This document shows, piece by piece, positions 1-8,179 of a stretch of DNA of 64,000 nt. The notes below the pieces were generated by a model. The model saw nothing but the letters and a program-made list of their open reading frames with translations, was not told the origin of the DNA and searched no databases. The stretch is from Verrucomicrobiia bacterium (GTDB lineage Bacteria > Verrucomicrobiota > Verrucomicrobiia > Limisphaerales > UBA11358), in NCBI GenBank assembly GCA_035546095.1, contig DASZXB010000017.1, positions 24-64,023 on the forward strand. The letters run 5' to 3'. Within the stretch, counting starts at the first letter, position 1, and each line of letters starts with the position of its first letter. The translations under genes and the position numbers were made by a program.

Positions 1-138
1 TTGCAAAGCTGCCGAGGTAGCCCGCAGTGATTAAGGTAAAATGTTGCGCGGGTCAAACATAATTGTCGAAAAAAGTAAAAAATTTTTCCGTTTCAGTAAA
101 ATGTTGCGTCGCTCTTCCGGCTCTGGCTTTCTATTGGC

Positions 139-447
139 GTGCCGACTCAATCGCCGCCCGCGCCGAAAGCAGAACGCCGCCGCCTGAAAATTTTTTATTC
201 GGGGCGCGTTCAAGGCGTCGGCTTCCGTTACACCGCCAAAACCGTGGCGACTGGTTTTGAAGTCAGCGGCATCGTTCGCAATCTGCCCGATGGCCGGGTT
301 GAATTGATTGCCGAAGGCGCATGGGGAGAATTGGAGGCTTTTCGCGACGCCATTCGCGGCGCAGGACTTGCTGGCTTTATCCGCGACGAAACTGAAATCT
401 GGAGTGAAACACTCAATGAATTTCGCGGATTTGAAATTGTTCGTTAA
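139..447 (+). CDS. acyP: acylphosphatase
   Basis: 102-aa ORF with a GTG start. It carries the acylphosphatase signature GRVQGVGFR near the N-terminus and has a typical ~90-aa core. Confidence 0.8.
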   Translation: MPTQSPPAPKAERRRLKIFYSGRVQGVGFRYTAKTVATGFEVSGIVRNLPDGRVELIAEGAWGELEAFRDAIRGAGLAGFIRDETEIWSETLNEFRGFEIVR

Positions 448-450
448 GTG

Positions 451-1173
451 ATGAAATACGCGATTATCGCCGACATTCACGGAAATTGGGAAGCCTTTCA
501 AACCGTTCTGGCTGACATCAAAAGCCAAAACGCGACGCAAATCGTCTGCCTCGGCGACGTCGTCGGTTACAATGCAAACCCCAAGGAATGTTTGCAAGTC
601 GTCCGCGAAATGAACATTCCCTGCGTCAAAGGTAATCACGACGAATACTGCTCCACCGATGATGTGCTGGAAGGATTCAATCCCAACGCCGCCGACGCCG
701 TGCATTGGACGCGCCAGCAACTTTCCGCCGAGGAACGTCAATGGTTGCGTGACCTCAAATATACCCGCATGATCGGCAATTTCTCCATCGTTCACGCCAC
801 GCTCGACGCGCCGCAACGCTGGGGTTATGTTTTCGACAAACTCGCCGCCGCCGCCAGTTTCCCGTATCAAACCACGCCGATTTGTTTTTTTGGCCACACG
901 CATGTGCCCGTCGCGTTCATGCGCGACACCGCCGTGCGCGGCGGCACTTATTCCAAATTCAAAATTGACCCGGCCAAAAAATACTTCATCAACGTCGGCG
1001 CCGTTGGCCAGCCGCGCGACAACAATCCCAAGGCCGCCTATGTCATTTATGACATGGACGCAGGCACGATTGAGCTTCGCCGGTTGGATTATGATATTGC
1101 CACGGCGCAGAAAAAAATTCGGGCCGCCGGTTTGCCGGAACGTTTGGCTGAGCGGCTCGCTTACGGCCGTTGA
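451..1173 (+). CDS. metallophosphoesterase (calcineurin-like phosphoesterase family)
   Basis: Motifs DIHGN, GDVVGY and GNHD occur in order. I chose the ATG at 451, immediately after the GTG at 448. Confidence 0.8.
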   Translation: MKYAIIADIHGNWEAFQTVLADIKSQNATQIVCLGDVVGYNANPKECLQVVREMNIPCVKGNHDEYCSTDDVLEGFNPNAADAVHWTRQQLSAEERQWLRDLKYTRMIGNFSIVHATLDAPQRWGYVFDKLAAAASFPYQTTPICFFGHTHVPVAFMRDTAVRGGTYSKFKIDPAKKYFINVGAVGQPRDNNPKAAYVIYDMDAGTIELRRLDYDIATAQKKIRAAGLPERLAERLAYGR

Positions 1174-2210
1174 AAATCCTTATTCTGAAACCCAGTTCGC
1201 TCGGTGACGTAATTCAGGCATTGCCTGTGTTGCGTTTATTGCGGCTTCATTTTTCGGCAGCGGAAATTTTCTGGTGGATTGACTCCGCGCTCGCGCCGCT
1301 CCTTGAAGGCGATCCTGATTTGACCGGCATCATTCACTTTGAGCGCCAACGCTGGGCCGCGCCGGTTCACTGGCCGGAAATGTTCCGCAGCATTCGCTGG
1401 ATGCGCGCGCAACATTTCGACCTCGTGATTGATCTGCAATGCCTCGCCCGCAGCGGCGCATTTGCGTGGCTCGCCAACGGAAAACTTCTTGTCGGTCTCG
1501 ACGAAGTTCGCGAAGGTGCGCGCGGGTTTTATGATATTGCCGTCCCGCGCCAATCATTTCACACCCACGCCGTGGATTGGTATCTGTCCGTGCTGCCGCC
1601 GCTCGGCGTGCCCGTTCATAAAAATTTCCAGTGGCTGCCGGAACGTCCGTTAAGCACCACCGTCAAATCAAGATGGAAAATTGGCGACGCCAATTGGATT
1701 GCCATCCAGCCCGGCGCGCGCTGGCCGAACAAACGCTGGTCGGCCAAAAACTTCGCGGAACTCATCCGGCTGCTCGCAAAAAAATTTCCTGCCGCGCACT
1801 TCGTCGTTCTCGGCAGCAACGAAGACATCCTGCTCGGCGAAGCCGTTTCACAAGCCGAGCCGCAACGCACCTTGAATCTATGCGGCAAAACTTCCCTGCC
1901 GGAAATGATCGAGTGGCTGTCGCTTTGCCGGTTGATGATCACCAACGACACCGGCCCGATGCACGCCGCCGCCGCACTCGGTAAACCGCTCATCGCGCTC
2001 TTTGGCCCCACCGAACCGCGCCGCACCGGACCTTACGGACAATTGGAAAATGTTTTGCGGATCGAACTGCCCTGCTCGCCCTGCCTGAAATCTTATTGCA
2101 CCTACAAAAACCCAAATGAATGCCTGCACGCGTTGACCGTCGAAACCGTTTTCGCCCGCGCGGAAAAAATGCTCACACCGGATTTGATTTCACAAAAGCA
2201 AACGAAGTGA
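1170..2210 (+). CDS. glycosyltransferase family 9 (LPS heptosyltransferase-like)
   Basis: N-terminus MKILILKPSSLGDV is typical of GT9/ADP-heptose transferases, and a C-terminal TNDTGPMHAAAALG motif is present. The TTG start overlaps the upstream stop. Confidence 0.8.
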   Translation: MKILILKPSSLGDVIQALPVLRLLRLHFSAAEIFWWIDSALAPLLEGDPDLTGIIHFERQRWAAPVHWPEMFRSIRWMRAQHFDLVIDLQCLARSGAFAWLANGKLLVGLDEVREGARGFYDIAVPRQSFHTHAVDWYLSVLPPLGVPVHKNFQWLPERPLSTTVKSRWKIGDANWIAIQPGARWPNKRWSAKNFAELIRLLAKKFPAAHFVVLGSNEDILLGEAVSQAEPQRTLNLCGKTSLPEMIEWLSLCRLMITNDTGPMHAAAALGKPLIALFGPTEPRRTGPYGQLENVLRIELPCSPCLKSYCTYKNPNECLHALTVETVFARAEKMLTPDLISQKQTK

Positions 2211-2227
2211 ACGAAAATTGATTCTTT

Positions 2228-2249
2228 GTTTCCTTCGTTGCCTTCTGTT
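2228..2249 (-). repeat. 22-nt intergenic repeat (aacagaaggNaacgaaggaaac family), copy 1
   Basis: The reverse complement of 2228-2249 matches 20742-20763 at 21 of 22 positions by manual comparison. Confidence 0.7.
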
Positions 2250-2294
2250 CAAAAACTCTTTGTGCCTTCGCGCCTTCGTGGTTAATTTCCCGCT

Positions 2295-2951
2295 ATGAAA
2301 TCCGCTGTCTTAATTTTGTTCAGTTGGATCCTTGTGTTTTCAATTCACGCGCAGGAAACCATTTCGCCGACCAATCGTATCGAATTATTCAACGGCAAAG
2401 ATTTTTCCGGCTGGACGTTTTGCATGAAAAACGATGCCGACCCGCTCAAAACGTGGAGCGTGACGAACGGCCTTGTTCGTTGCGCAGGCAAACCGACTGG
2501 CTACATTCGCACGACGCAGGCTTACAGCAATTACGTCGTCACCGTCGTCTGGCGATTTGCGAAGGTCGCGCCCAGCGCGGACAATTCCGGCGTGCTCGTC
2601 CACATCCAATCGCCGGACAAAGTTTGGCCGCAGTGCATCCAAAATCAGGGCAAGTCCGGTCGGCAAGGCGATTTGTTTGTGATGGCCGGCGCGGAATGTA
2701 AGGAACATCTCGCGCTCGGCAAAGACGCAAACACGCCCGTTGCCTTTTCCGGCGGGGCGAATGAAAATGCGATTGGCGAATGGAACACGAACACGACCGT
2801 TTGCACAGGCAACACGGTGGAAGCGATTATCAACGGCAAATCGTTGAACAAAATTTCCGAATGTACCATTTCATCAGGTTTTGTCGGAATCCAAAGCGAA
2901 GGCGCGGAAATTGAAATCCGACAAATTTTCGTCGAGCCGTTGAAGAATTGA
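2295..2951 (+). CDS. DUF1080 (3-keto-disaccharide hydrolase family) secreted protein
   Basis: Signal peptide, then the LFNGKDFSGW...W.V.NG pattern and a C-terminal IEIRQIFVEPL strand, all typical of DUF1080. Confidence 0.7.
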   Translation: MKSAVLILFSWILVFSIHAQETISPTNRIELFNGKDFSGWTFCMKNDADPLKTWSVTNGLVRCAGKPTGYIRTTQAYSNYVVTVVWRFAKVAPSADNSGVLVHIQSPDKVWPQCIQNQGKSGRQGDLFVMAGAECKEHLALGKDANTPVAFSGGANENAIGEWNTNTTVCTGNTVEAIINGKSLNKISECTISSGFVGIQSEGAEIEIRQIFVEPLKN

Positions 2952-3085
2952 AAATTTGTGAACGACAAATTTGTTGTCGTGGAGCAACGTTCGGAACATA
3001 AATTTGTCAGCCGACATTCTTTTAGCAAAATTTTGTGGACAAATTTTTTCGTCAGGAACAAAGTCGAATTTGTGAAAGGCAAAAT

Positions 3086-3343
3086 ATGCAAATTCCAACG
3101 TCACCAAGATTATTGAAAATTGCTCTATTTAGTCTAGTGCCAGCAGAGTATTTGAGCATGTTGTTTTCGCGATTGAGTCCAAATATTTACGGTGATGTTC
3201 CTCTTACTTGTGCCATTTTGATTCCGACAGCCGCGTTGGTCAGTTTGCTTTCATGGCCTACTCATCGGGTGGTTGCTATGCTTGGTTTATTGCCATCCTT
3301 TTTGTTGTTCTTTGCTTATACACTACCGACCTTACGAAGTTAA
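3086..3343 (+). CDS. hypothetical small membrane protein
   Basis: ORF in an AT-richer gap with two or three hydrophobic segments and no recognisable motif. The start is uncertain (GTG 3035 or ATG 3086). Confidence 0.3.
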   Translation: MQIPTSPRLLKIALFSLVPAEYLSMLFSRLSPNIYGDVPLTCAILIPTAALVSLLSWPTHRVVAMLGLLPSFLLFFAYTLPTLRS

Positions 3344-4780
3344 TTTCCCTTTCACCCACGCTTTCGCTTCGCGTTTGGTTTTTAATTCGTCGGCGAGTTG
3401 CAGTTCGCGGATTTCGCGGAGCAGTTCGCCGAGCGTTTTGCCGGGTTTTATTCCGAGCGCAATCAAATCGTCGCCCGTCAGCAGCGGCGGGCGAATCGCG
3501 GGCTGATGTTTCAACGCTCCCGCCTGCACGACCAAAAATTCGTAGTGCTCCAGCGAATTGTGCGAGCCGAGGCAGTCCAATTTGTGCAATTCCAGTTCCA
3601 GCGGAAACGTCTCGCGCAGGAGCAGCCGCCGCAACGTTGCCTTCCGCATCTGCTTCACGTCCTTGAATTGCATATGATGTTTCACGCAGGCGACAATTTC
3701 TTCGGTCGGCTTTTTGGGAAAGCGTAGTCGCCGCAAAATTTGTCCCGCCATTTCCGCGCCAATTTTTTCGTGACCGTAAAAATGGATTGAGCCGGTCGCC
3801 AAATCCTTTTCCGCCGTCACCGGCTTGGCGATGTCGTGCAACAAAACCGCCCACGGCAACAGCGGATTGGCGCCCGGCGACAAATGCGCGAGCATCAATT
3901 TGATGTGATTGAACACGCTGCCTTCGGGATGAAAAACCGGCGATTGCTCGCAATCAATCGTCGCGGCGAGTTCGGGCAAAATCTGTTCCAGTAATTTGCT
4001 GTCGCGGAGCAAAACGAGACCGCGCGCGGCGGAAGAATTTTTCTTCCTCGCCCCGCCCAAGCGGGGAGAGGGTTGGGGTGAGGGGTTTTGAGTTTTGGAA
4101 ACATCGGCCTCCTCACCCCAGCCCTCTCCTCCAGCGGAGGAGAGGGAGAAGCCCGCGCTCGGAGGCGCGAATAATTTCAGCAACTCATCGCGAACCCGTT
4201 CCGCACTGATGAGTTTGATTTTCGGCGCGAGATTTTGAATTGCCGCAAATGTTTTCGGCTCGATTTCAAAATTCAACTGCGCGGCGAAACGGATTGCCCG
4301 CAGCATCCGCAAATGGTCTTCGCCAAAACGTTCTTCCGGTTCGCCAATCGTGCGAATGATTTTGGCGCGCAAATCGCGTTCGCCGCCGACCCAATCGTGG
4401 ATTTGCTTTGAAGTCGGGTCATAGAAAAGTCCGTTGACGGTGAAATCGCGGCGGAGTGTGTCGGCTTGCGCGCTGGCAAAATGAACGGTCGCAGGTCGGC
4501 GACCATCGCGGTAATCCGCTTCTGCGCGAAAGGTGGCGATTTGAAATTGCAGTTTGTTGACGATGACAACGACGACGCCAAATTTTTTGCCGACGGCAAT
4601 CGTTTTGGGAAACAATTTTTCGACCTGCTCCGGTTTGGCGTCCGTAGCGATGTCAAAATCGCCCGGCTCACGTCCGAGCAAAAAATCGCGCACGCAACCG
4701 CCGACCCAAAATGCGGAAAATCCTGCGGCTTGCAACCGTCGCACAATTTTTACCGCAATTTTTTTCATTTCTCGCCCCAA
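3332..4780 (-). CDS. cca: CCA-adding tRNA nucleotidyltransferase / poly(A) polymerase family with HD domain
   Basis: GGCVRDFLLG...DFDIAT nucleotidyltransferase motif and an LLHDIAKP HD motif. It contains an in-frame palindromic insert (see the repeat at 4051-4146). Confidence 0.85.
   Translation of the reverse strand: MGREMKKIAVKIVRRLQAAGFSAFWVGGCVRDFLLGREPGDFDIATDAKPEQVEKLFPKTIAVGKKFGVVVVIVNKLQFQIATFRAEADYRDGRRPATVHFASAQADTLRRDFTVNGLFYDPTSKQIHDWVGGERDLRAKIIRTIGEPEERFGEDHLRMLRAIRFAAQLNFEIEPKTFAAIQNLAPKIKLISAERVRDELLKLFAPPSAGFSLSSAGGEGWGEEADVSKTQNPSPQPSPRLGGARKKNSSAARGLVLLRDSKLLEQILPELAATIDCEQSPVFHPEGSVFNHIKLMLAHLSPGANPLLPWAVLLHDIAKPVTAEKDLATGSIHFYGHEKIGAEMAGQILRRLRFPKKPTEEIVACVKHHMQFKDVKQMRKATLRRLLLRETFPLELELHKLDCLGSHNSLEHYEFLVVQAGALKHQPAIRPPLLTGDDLIALGIKPGKTLGELLREIRELQLADELKTKREAKAWVKGKLTS
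4051..4146. repeat. palindromic mini-element inside cca (GEGWGEE...[11 protein letters not shown] family)
   Basis: The arms gcggggagagggttggggtgagggg (4061-4085) and cctcaccccagccctctcc (4111 onward) are inverted complements. There is also a perfect local hairpin ccctctcctcc-agc-ggaggagaggg (4122-4146). The same family occurs in ligA at 16504-16615. Confidence 0.85.
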
Positions 4781-5679
4781 ATGTTTTTCAGATGCGCGAT
4801 TCCGGTTTTGACGGCTTCGACGGGCAACACGGGACTCAATTCAAAAACCTTGATGTGCTCCGGCTTGACGAACGGTTTGAGCGCGGCGAAATCAATCATA
4901 CCGGCGCCGGGCGGGCAATGGTCTTGCGCGGGGAATTGCACGTCGTGAATGTGAAATCCGGCCAGACGCGGCGCGAGCGGCGCGAGAAATTCGCGATAGC
5001 GGATGAAGCCGAGATTGTCCTTGATTTGCGCGTGGCCGCAATCGTGCCAGTAGCCGACGTTCGGCGAGGAAAATTCGCACAGGAAATTTTCAAAATCGCC
5101 GTCGAGCGGAATTTCCTCGACGGCTTCGCGATTTTCGCAGCCGAGTTTGAGTCCGCGTTTTTCGGCTTCGGGCAAAATCCGGCGCAGCGTTTCTTTGGTG
5201 CGCGCGAAAAATTTTTCCTTTTTGGCCTCGCGCGATTTCTGCGCTTCAACGAGCAATTTTTCGTATTTCGGCGAATGACGTTCGCCGCGTTCGAGCAGGT
5301 CCTTCAATTTGCCGGTGTAATCCTTCAATTCGATGCTGCCGAGATGCAGCACGATGAGTTGGGCTTTGACGCGCGCGGCAAATTCAATCGTTTTGAGCGT
5401 GTGCTTGAGCGCGAGTTCGCGTTCCAGCGCGTCTTCGGCGGAAAATTCGTAAAGATTGGGCGACGGTTTTTCGACGCCCATCGGCAGCGGACAAAAATTG
5501 TGGACGGTGGAGATTTTGATTTCACCGGCGTCCACGGCGTCGAGGATGCCCGGCACGAGCGCGAGCCGGATGCCGTGGCTCAACTCGGCGTATTCAAAAC
5601 CGAGCGCGCGGATTTCGCGCAACATCGCGCGTCCGTCGGTGTGGCGCTGGGAATTCCAGCAGGTGGAAAATGAATACAT
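4765..5679 (-). CDS. sugar phosphate isomerase/epimerase (xylose isomerase-like TIM barrel) family protein
   Basis: 304-aa ORF whose N-terminus (YSFSTCWNS...GFEYAELSHG) and overall pattern are typical of AP-endonuclease-2/xylose-isomerase-like TIM barrels. Confidence 0.65.
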   Translation of the reverse strand: MYSFSTCWNSQRHTDGRAMLREIRALGFEYAELSHGIRLALVPGILDAVDAGEIKISTVHNFCPLPMGVEKPSPNLYEFSAEDALERELALKHTLKTIEFAARVKAQLIVLHLGSIELKDYTGKLKDLLERGERHSPKYEKLLVEAQKSREAKKEKFFARTKETLRRILPEAEKRGLKLGCENREAVEEIPLDGDFENFLCEFSSPNVGYWHDCGHAQIKDNLGFIRYREFLAPLAPRLAGFHIHDVQFPAQDHCPPGAGMIDFAALKPFVKPEHIKVFELSPVLPVEAVKTGIAHLKNIWGEK

Positions 5680-5685
5680 GGATTT

Positions 5686-5774
5686 CGTTGAAGCGTTAAA
5701 TCGTCACATCGTGAATCGTTGAATCGCAAAAACGAAGAATCGTTAAACCGCCGCACTGATGCAACGATTTAACG
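5686..5774. repeat. intergenic hairpin element (cgttgaagcg / cgttaaatcg family)
   Basis: 10-bp perfect inverted repeat cgttaaatcg (5694-5703) / cgatttaacg (5765-5774). The 10-mer cgttgaagcg at 5686 recurs at 30535 and as its complement at 30583. Confidence 0.7.
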
Positions 5775-5799
5775 ATTTCATCCTGCGATGAATTTCAAA

Positions 5800-5997
5800 T
5801 CACAAATCGGCGTAACGCGCCGCGAGCATCGCGGAGAAGCGCGCGACTTTTTGTTTGCGACGGCGGCGTTCGCTCGGCTTTTCAAAATGCCGGTGACTGC
5901 GCACGGTTTTGAGCGTGCCTTCGCGGTCCACTTTTTTCTTCAAGCGCCGCAACGCACGATCCACCGGCTCGCCTTTTTTCAGTTTAATTTCTGTCAA
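5800..5997 (-). CDS. rpsU: 30S ribosomal protein S21
   Basis: 65-aa basic protein with ...RALRRLKKKVDREG...RRRRKQK, typical of S21. TTG start with an aggaag RBS upstream. Confidence 0.9.
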   Translation of the reverse strand: MTEIKLKKGEPVDRALRRLKKKVDREGTLKTVRSHRHFEKPSERRRRKQKVARFSAMLAARYADL

Positions 5998-6195
5998 CGC
6001 AACTCACTTCCTTTCCCGTGCGGGACGAAGCCCGCAAAATAAATGAGCGCGGAGCATAGATTTTTGGCGGCGGAAGTCAATTTCAAATCTCAATTTTAAT
6101 TGACAGAATAATCTGCCGGGCAGAAAGTCAAAAACTATGAGACTGGATAGGTCACAAAACGTGCCGTCTAACCACTGTTAGGCGACTTTGCCATT

Positions 6196-6534
6196 ATGCG
6201 TATTTTTTCATACTTGCTCTTCCTGGTTAGCGTTTTAATGTTCGCGAGCGCAGGTTATGATGAACATCGCGGCGTTACTCATATTCGAGTTGGGAGAAGC
6301 CTTCCCGAAGTTATTACAAAGACAAGTAACCCCGAAGATTTTCACAACGCGATGGTATATCATTGGTTTTACGCATTCATGGTTTTGGTTGCCGGAATCG
6401 TTGCTTACATGATTGATAGGGGGCTAGAAAAGACTGACCCATTTTCGCCTGATTTCGCCGGGAACAAAGCTTTAGATGATTGGGGTGACACAATGAAGAA
6501 GGAAGAAGAACAGCGCAAGCACCCAAAACCATGA
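6196..6534 (+). CDS. hypothetical membrane protein
   Basis: 112-aa ORF in an AT-richer segment with two hydrophobic helices and no recognisable family. Confidence 0.4.
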   Translation: MRIFSYLLFLVSVLMFASAGYDEHRGVTHIRVGRSLPEVITKTSNPEDFHNAMVYHWFYAFMVLVAGIVAYMIDRGLEKTDPFSPDFAGNKALDDWGDTMKKEEEQRKHPKP

Positions 6535-6642
6535 TTTTAGAATTTTAATCGAGTCACCTAACACCTAGACAGGCTGCAAAATTTTCTTCACGCTCTTCGT
6601 CCGGTTCTTGCTTTCGTTGAATCTCAAATTTATCCTGTCGCA

Positions 6643-7677
6643 ATGATTAAAAGGAGCGCAAAGAAATCCGCCGACCCGGAATTGACCAAACAAATTCAGG
6701 AACTCATCCAATCGCGCGGCGGCGGCTACAACGAAACCGAAGTCGCCGACATCATCGAGAACGCGCTGAAATTGCTGACTGACGTGAAGGATACCGGCGA
6801 CGTGCGCGTGATTCAAACGGCGGTGCGCGAATTGCGTTATTCGTTCCGGCTCTTCGCGCCGTATGCGGGCAAACGCAAGGTGACGATTTTCGGTTCGGCG
6901 CGGACAAAACCCGAATTGCCGGAATATCAGCAGGCGGTTGAATTCGGGCGAAAAATCGTCAAAGCCGGATTCATGGTCATTACCGGCGCGGGGCCGGGCA
7001 TCATGCAGGCCGGTCACGAAGGTGCGGGACCGGAAAACAGTTTCGGCGTCAACATCCGCCTGCCGTGGGAGCAAAGCGCCAATCCCGTCATCGCCGAAGA
7101 CAAAAAATTAATCACGTTCAAATACTTTTTCACGCGTAAATTGATTTTCATCCGGCATTCGGATGCGATTGTTTTATTCCCCGGCGGCTTCGGCACGCTG
7201 GACGAAGGTTACGAAGCCATTACGCTAATGCAAACCGGCAAGAGCCAGCTCATGCCGCTGCTGCTCATCGAGCGTCCCGGCGGTGATTACTGGCACACGT
7301 GGAATAAAAATGTGCGCGAACAATTGCTGCGCAACCAACTCATTTCGCCCGACGACCTGAATCTGTATCACATCACCGACAGCACGGATGAAGCCGTGAA
7401 AATCATCACGCGCTTTTACCGGAATTTTCATTCCACGCGTTTCGTGAAAGATTTGCTCGTCATCCGGCTGAAAAACACGCCGACCGAATCCGCACTGGCC
7501 GCGATGAACGAAGATTTTGCCGACATCATCACCGCCGGAAAAATTCAAACCATCAAACCGACGCCCGATGAAATCGAGGACAACGACAATTTGAACTTGT
7601 CGCGCATCGCCTTCAATTTCAACCGCCGTGATTACGGGCGTTTGCGGCAGTTGATTGACGTGTTGAACGGCTTGTGA
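6643..7677 (+). CDS. LOG-family (TIGR00730) nucleotide 5'-monophosphate nucleosidase-like protein, long PpnN-like form
   Basis: VTIFGSAR...ITGAGPGIMQA and PGGFGTLDE motifs of the LOG/lysine-decarboxylase-like family, plus a C-terminal extension. Confidence 0.8.
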   Translation: MIKRSAKKSADPELTKQIQELIQSRGGGYNETEVADIIENALKLLTDVKDTGDVRVIQTAVRELRYSFRLFAPYAGKRKVTIFGSARTKPELPEYQQAVEFGRKIVKAGFMVITGAGPGIMQAGHEGAGPENSFGVNIRLPWEQSANPVIAEDKKLITFKYFFTRKLIFIRHSDAIVLFPGGFGTLDEGYEAITLMQTGKSQLMPLLLIERPGGDYWHTWNKNVREQLLRNQLISPDDLNLYHITDSTDEAVKIITRFYRNFHSTRFVKDLLVIRLKNTPTESALAAMNEDFADIITAGKIQTIKPTPDEIEDNDNLNLSRIAFNFNRRDYGRLRQLIDVLNGL

Positions 7678-7789
7678 TTTGGAAATTTCGATTCAAATTT
7701 GCGATGGACGAAAACTGAAATGCGAAATACAGTAAAAAATCATAAAACGAGATAGACCTTAAACTACGGCCAAATATCTGTTAGGTGTC

Positions 7790-8104
7790 ATGCTAATTAT
7801 GACGCACTCCGATTTGTCAAAACTAAATGTCAAAGAGCGCATTATATATTCTTGCGTCATTATCCTGTGGGGCGTTGCCTGCTTTGGCAGCACTTTGGCA
7901 GGCGGCTTAATCGTATCATTCTTGTTGGGTTTAGTGATTGGGTTGCATCTATTGCCAGATGGTAATTGGGTCATTCTCACTTCCACGATTGTCAGTTGTA
8001 TCATCATGGCTGCATGGTGCATTGCAGACCATCGCCGAGACTTTATGCGACGCAGTGCGTTATCAGTTGTGGGCAGATTGAAGAAAGAACAAAATGACAC
8101 CTGA
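7790..8104 (+). CDS. hypothetical membrane protein
   Basis: 104-aa ORF with three hydrophobic helices in an AT-rich gap. No family recognised. Confidence 0.35.
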   Translation: MLIMTHSDLSKLNVKERIIYSCVIILWGVACFGSTLAGGLIVSFLLGLVIGLHLLPDGNWVILTSTIVSCIIMAAWCIADHRRDFMRRSALSVVGRLKKEQNDT

Positions 8105-8179
8105 TACCGCGCTGGAACCATAAACCACAAATTCCCTGCGTGCTCGACACCTTCCTTTCCCATTGCTAGTGTTTTTCAC

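Noticed and set aside
31-903. Long ORFs antisense to, or out of frame with, confidently identified genes. Examples: 31-903(-), 4711-5673(+), 11352-12653(-), 12017-13240(+), 23047-24867(-), 25843-26829(-), 30664-32055(-), 35868-36860(-), 39072-40073(-), 52935-53801(+), 54439-55341(+).
   Set aside because: Each lies entirely within a gene whose product shows clear family motifs on the other strand or frame. Their translations are low-complexity and R/A/G-rich, as expected for shadow ORFs in GC-rich DNA.
6175-6565. A 7-nt inverted repeat (tgttagg / cctaaca) flanking the 6196-6534 ORF, considered as possible MITE or IS ends.
   Set aside because: It is too short to distinguish from chance, and there are no target-site duplications and no transposase.
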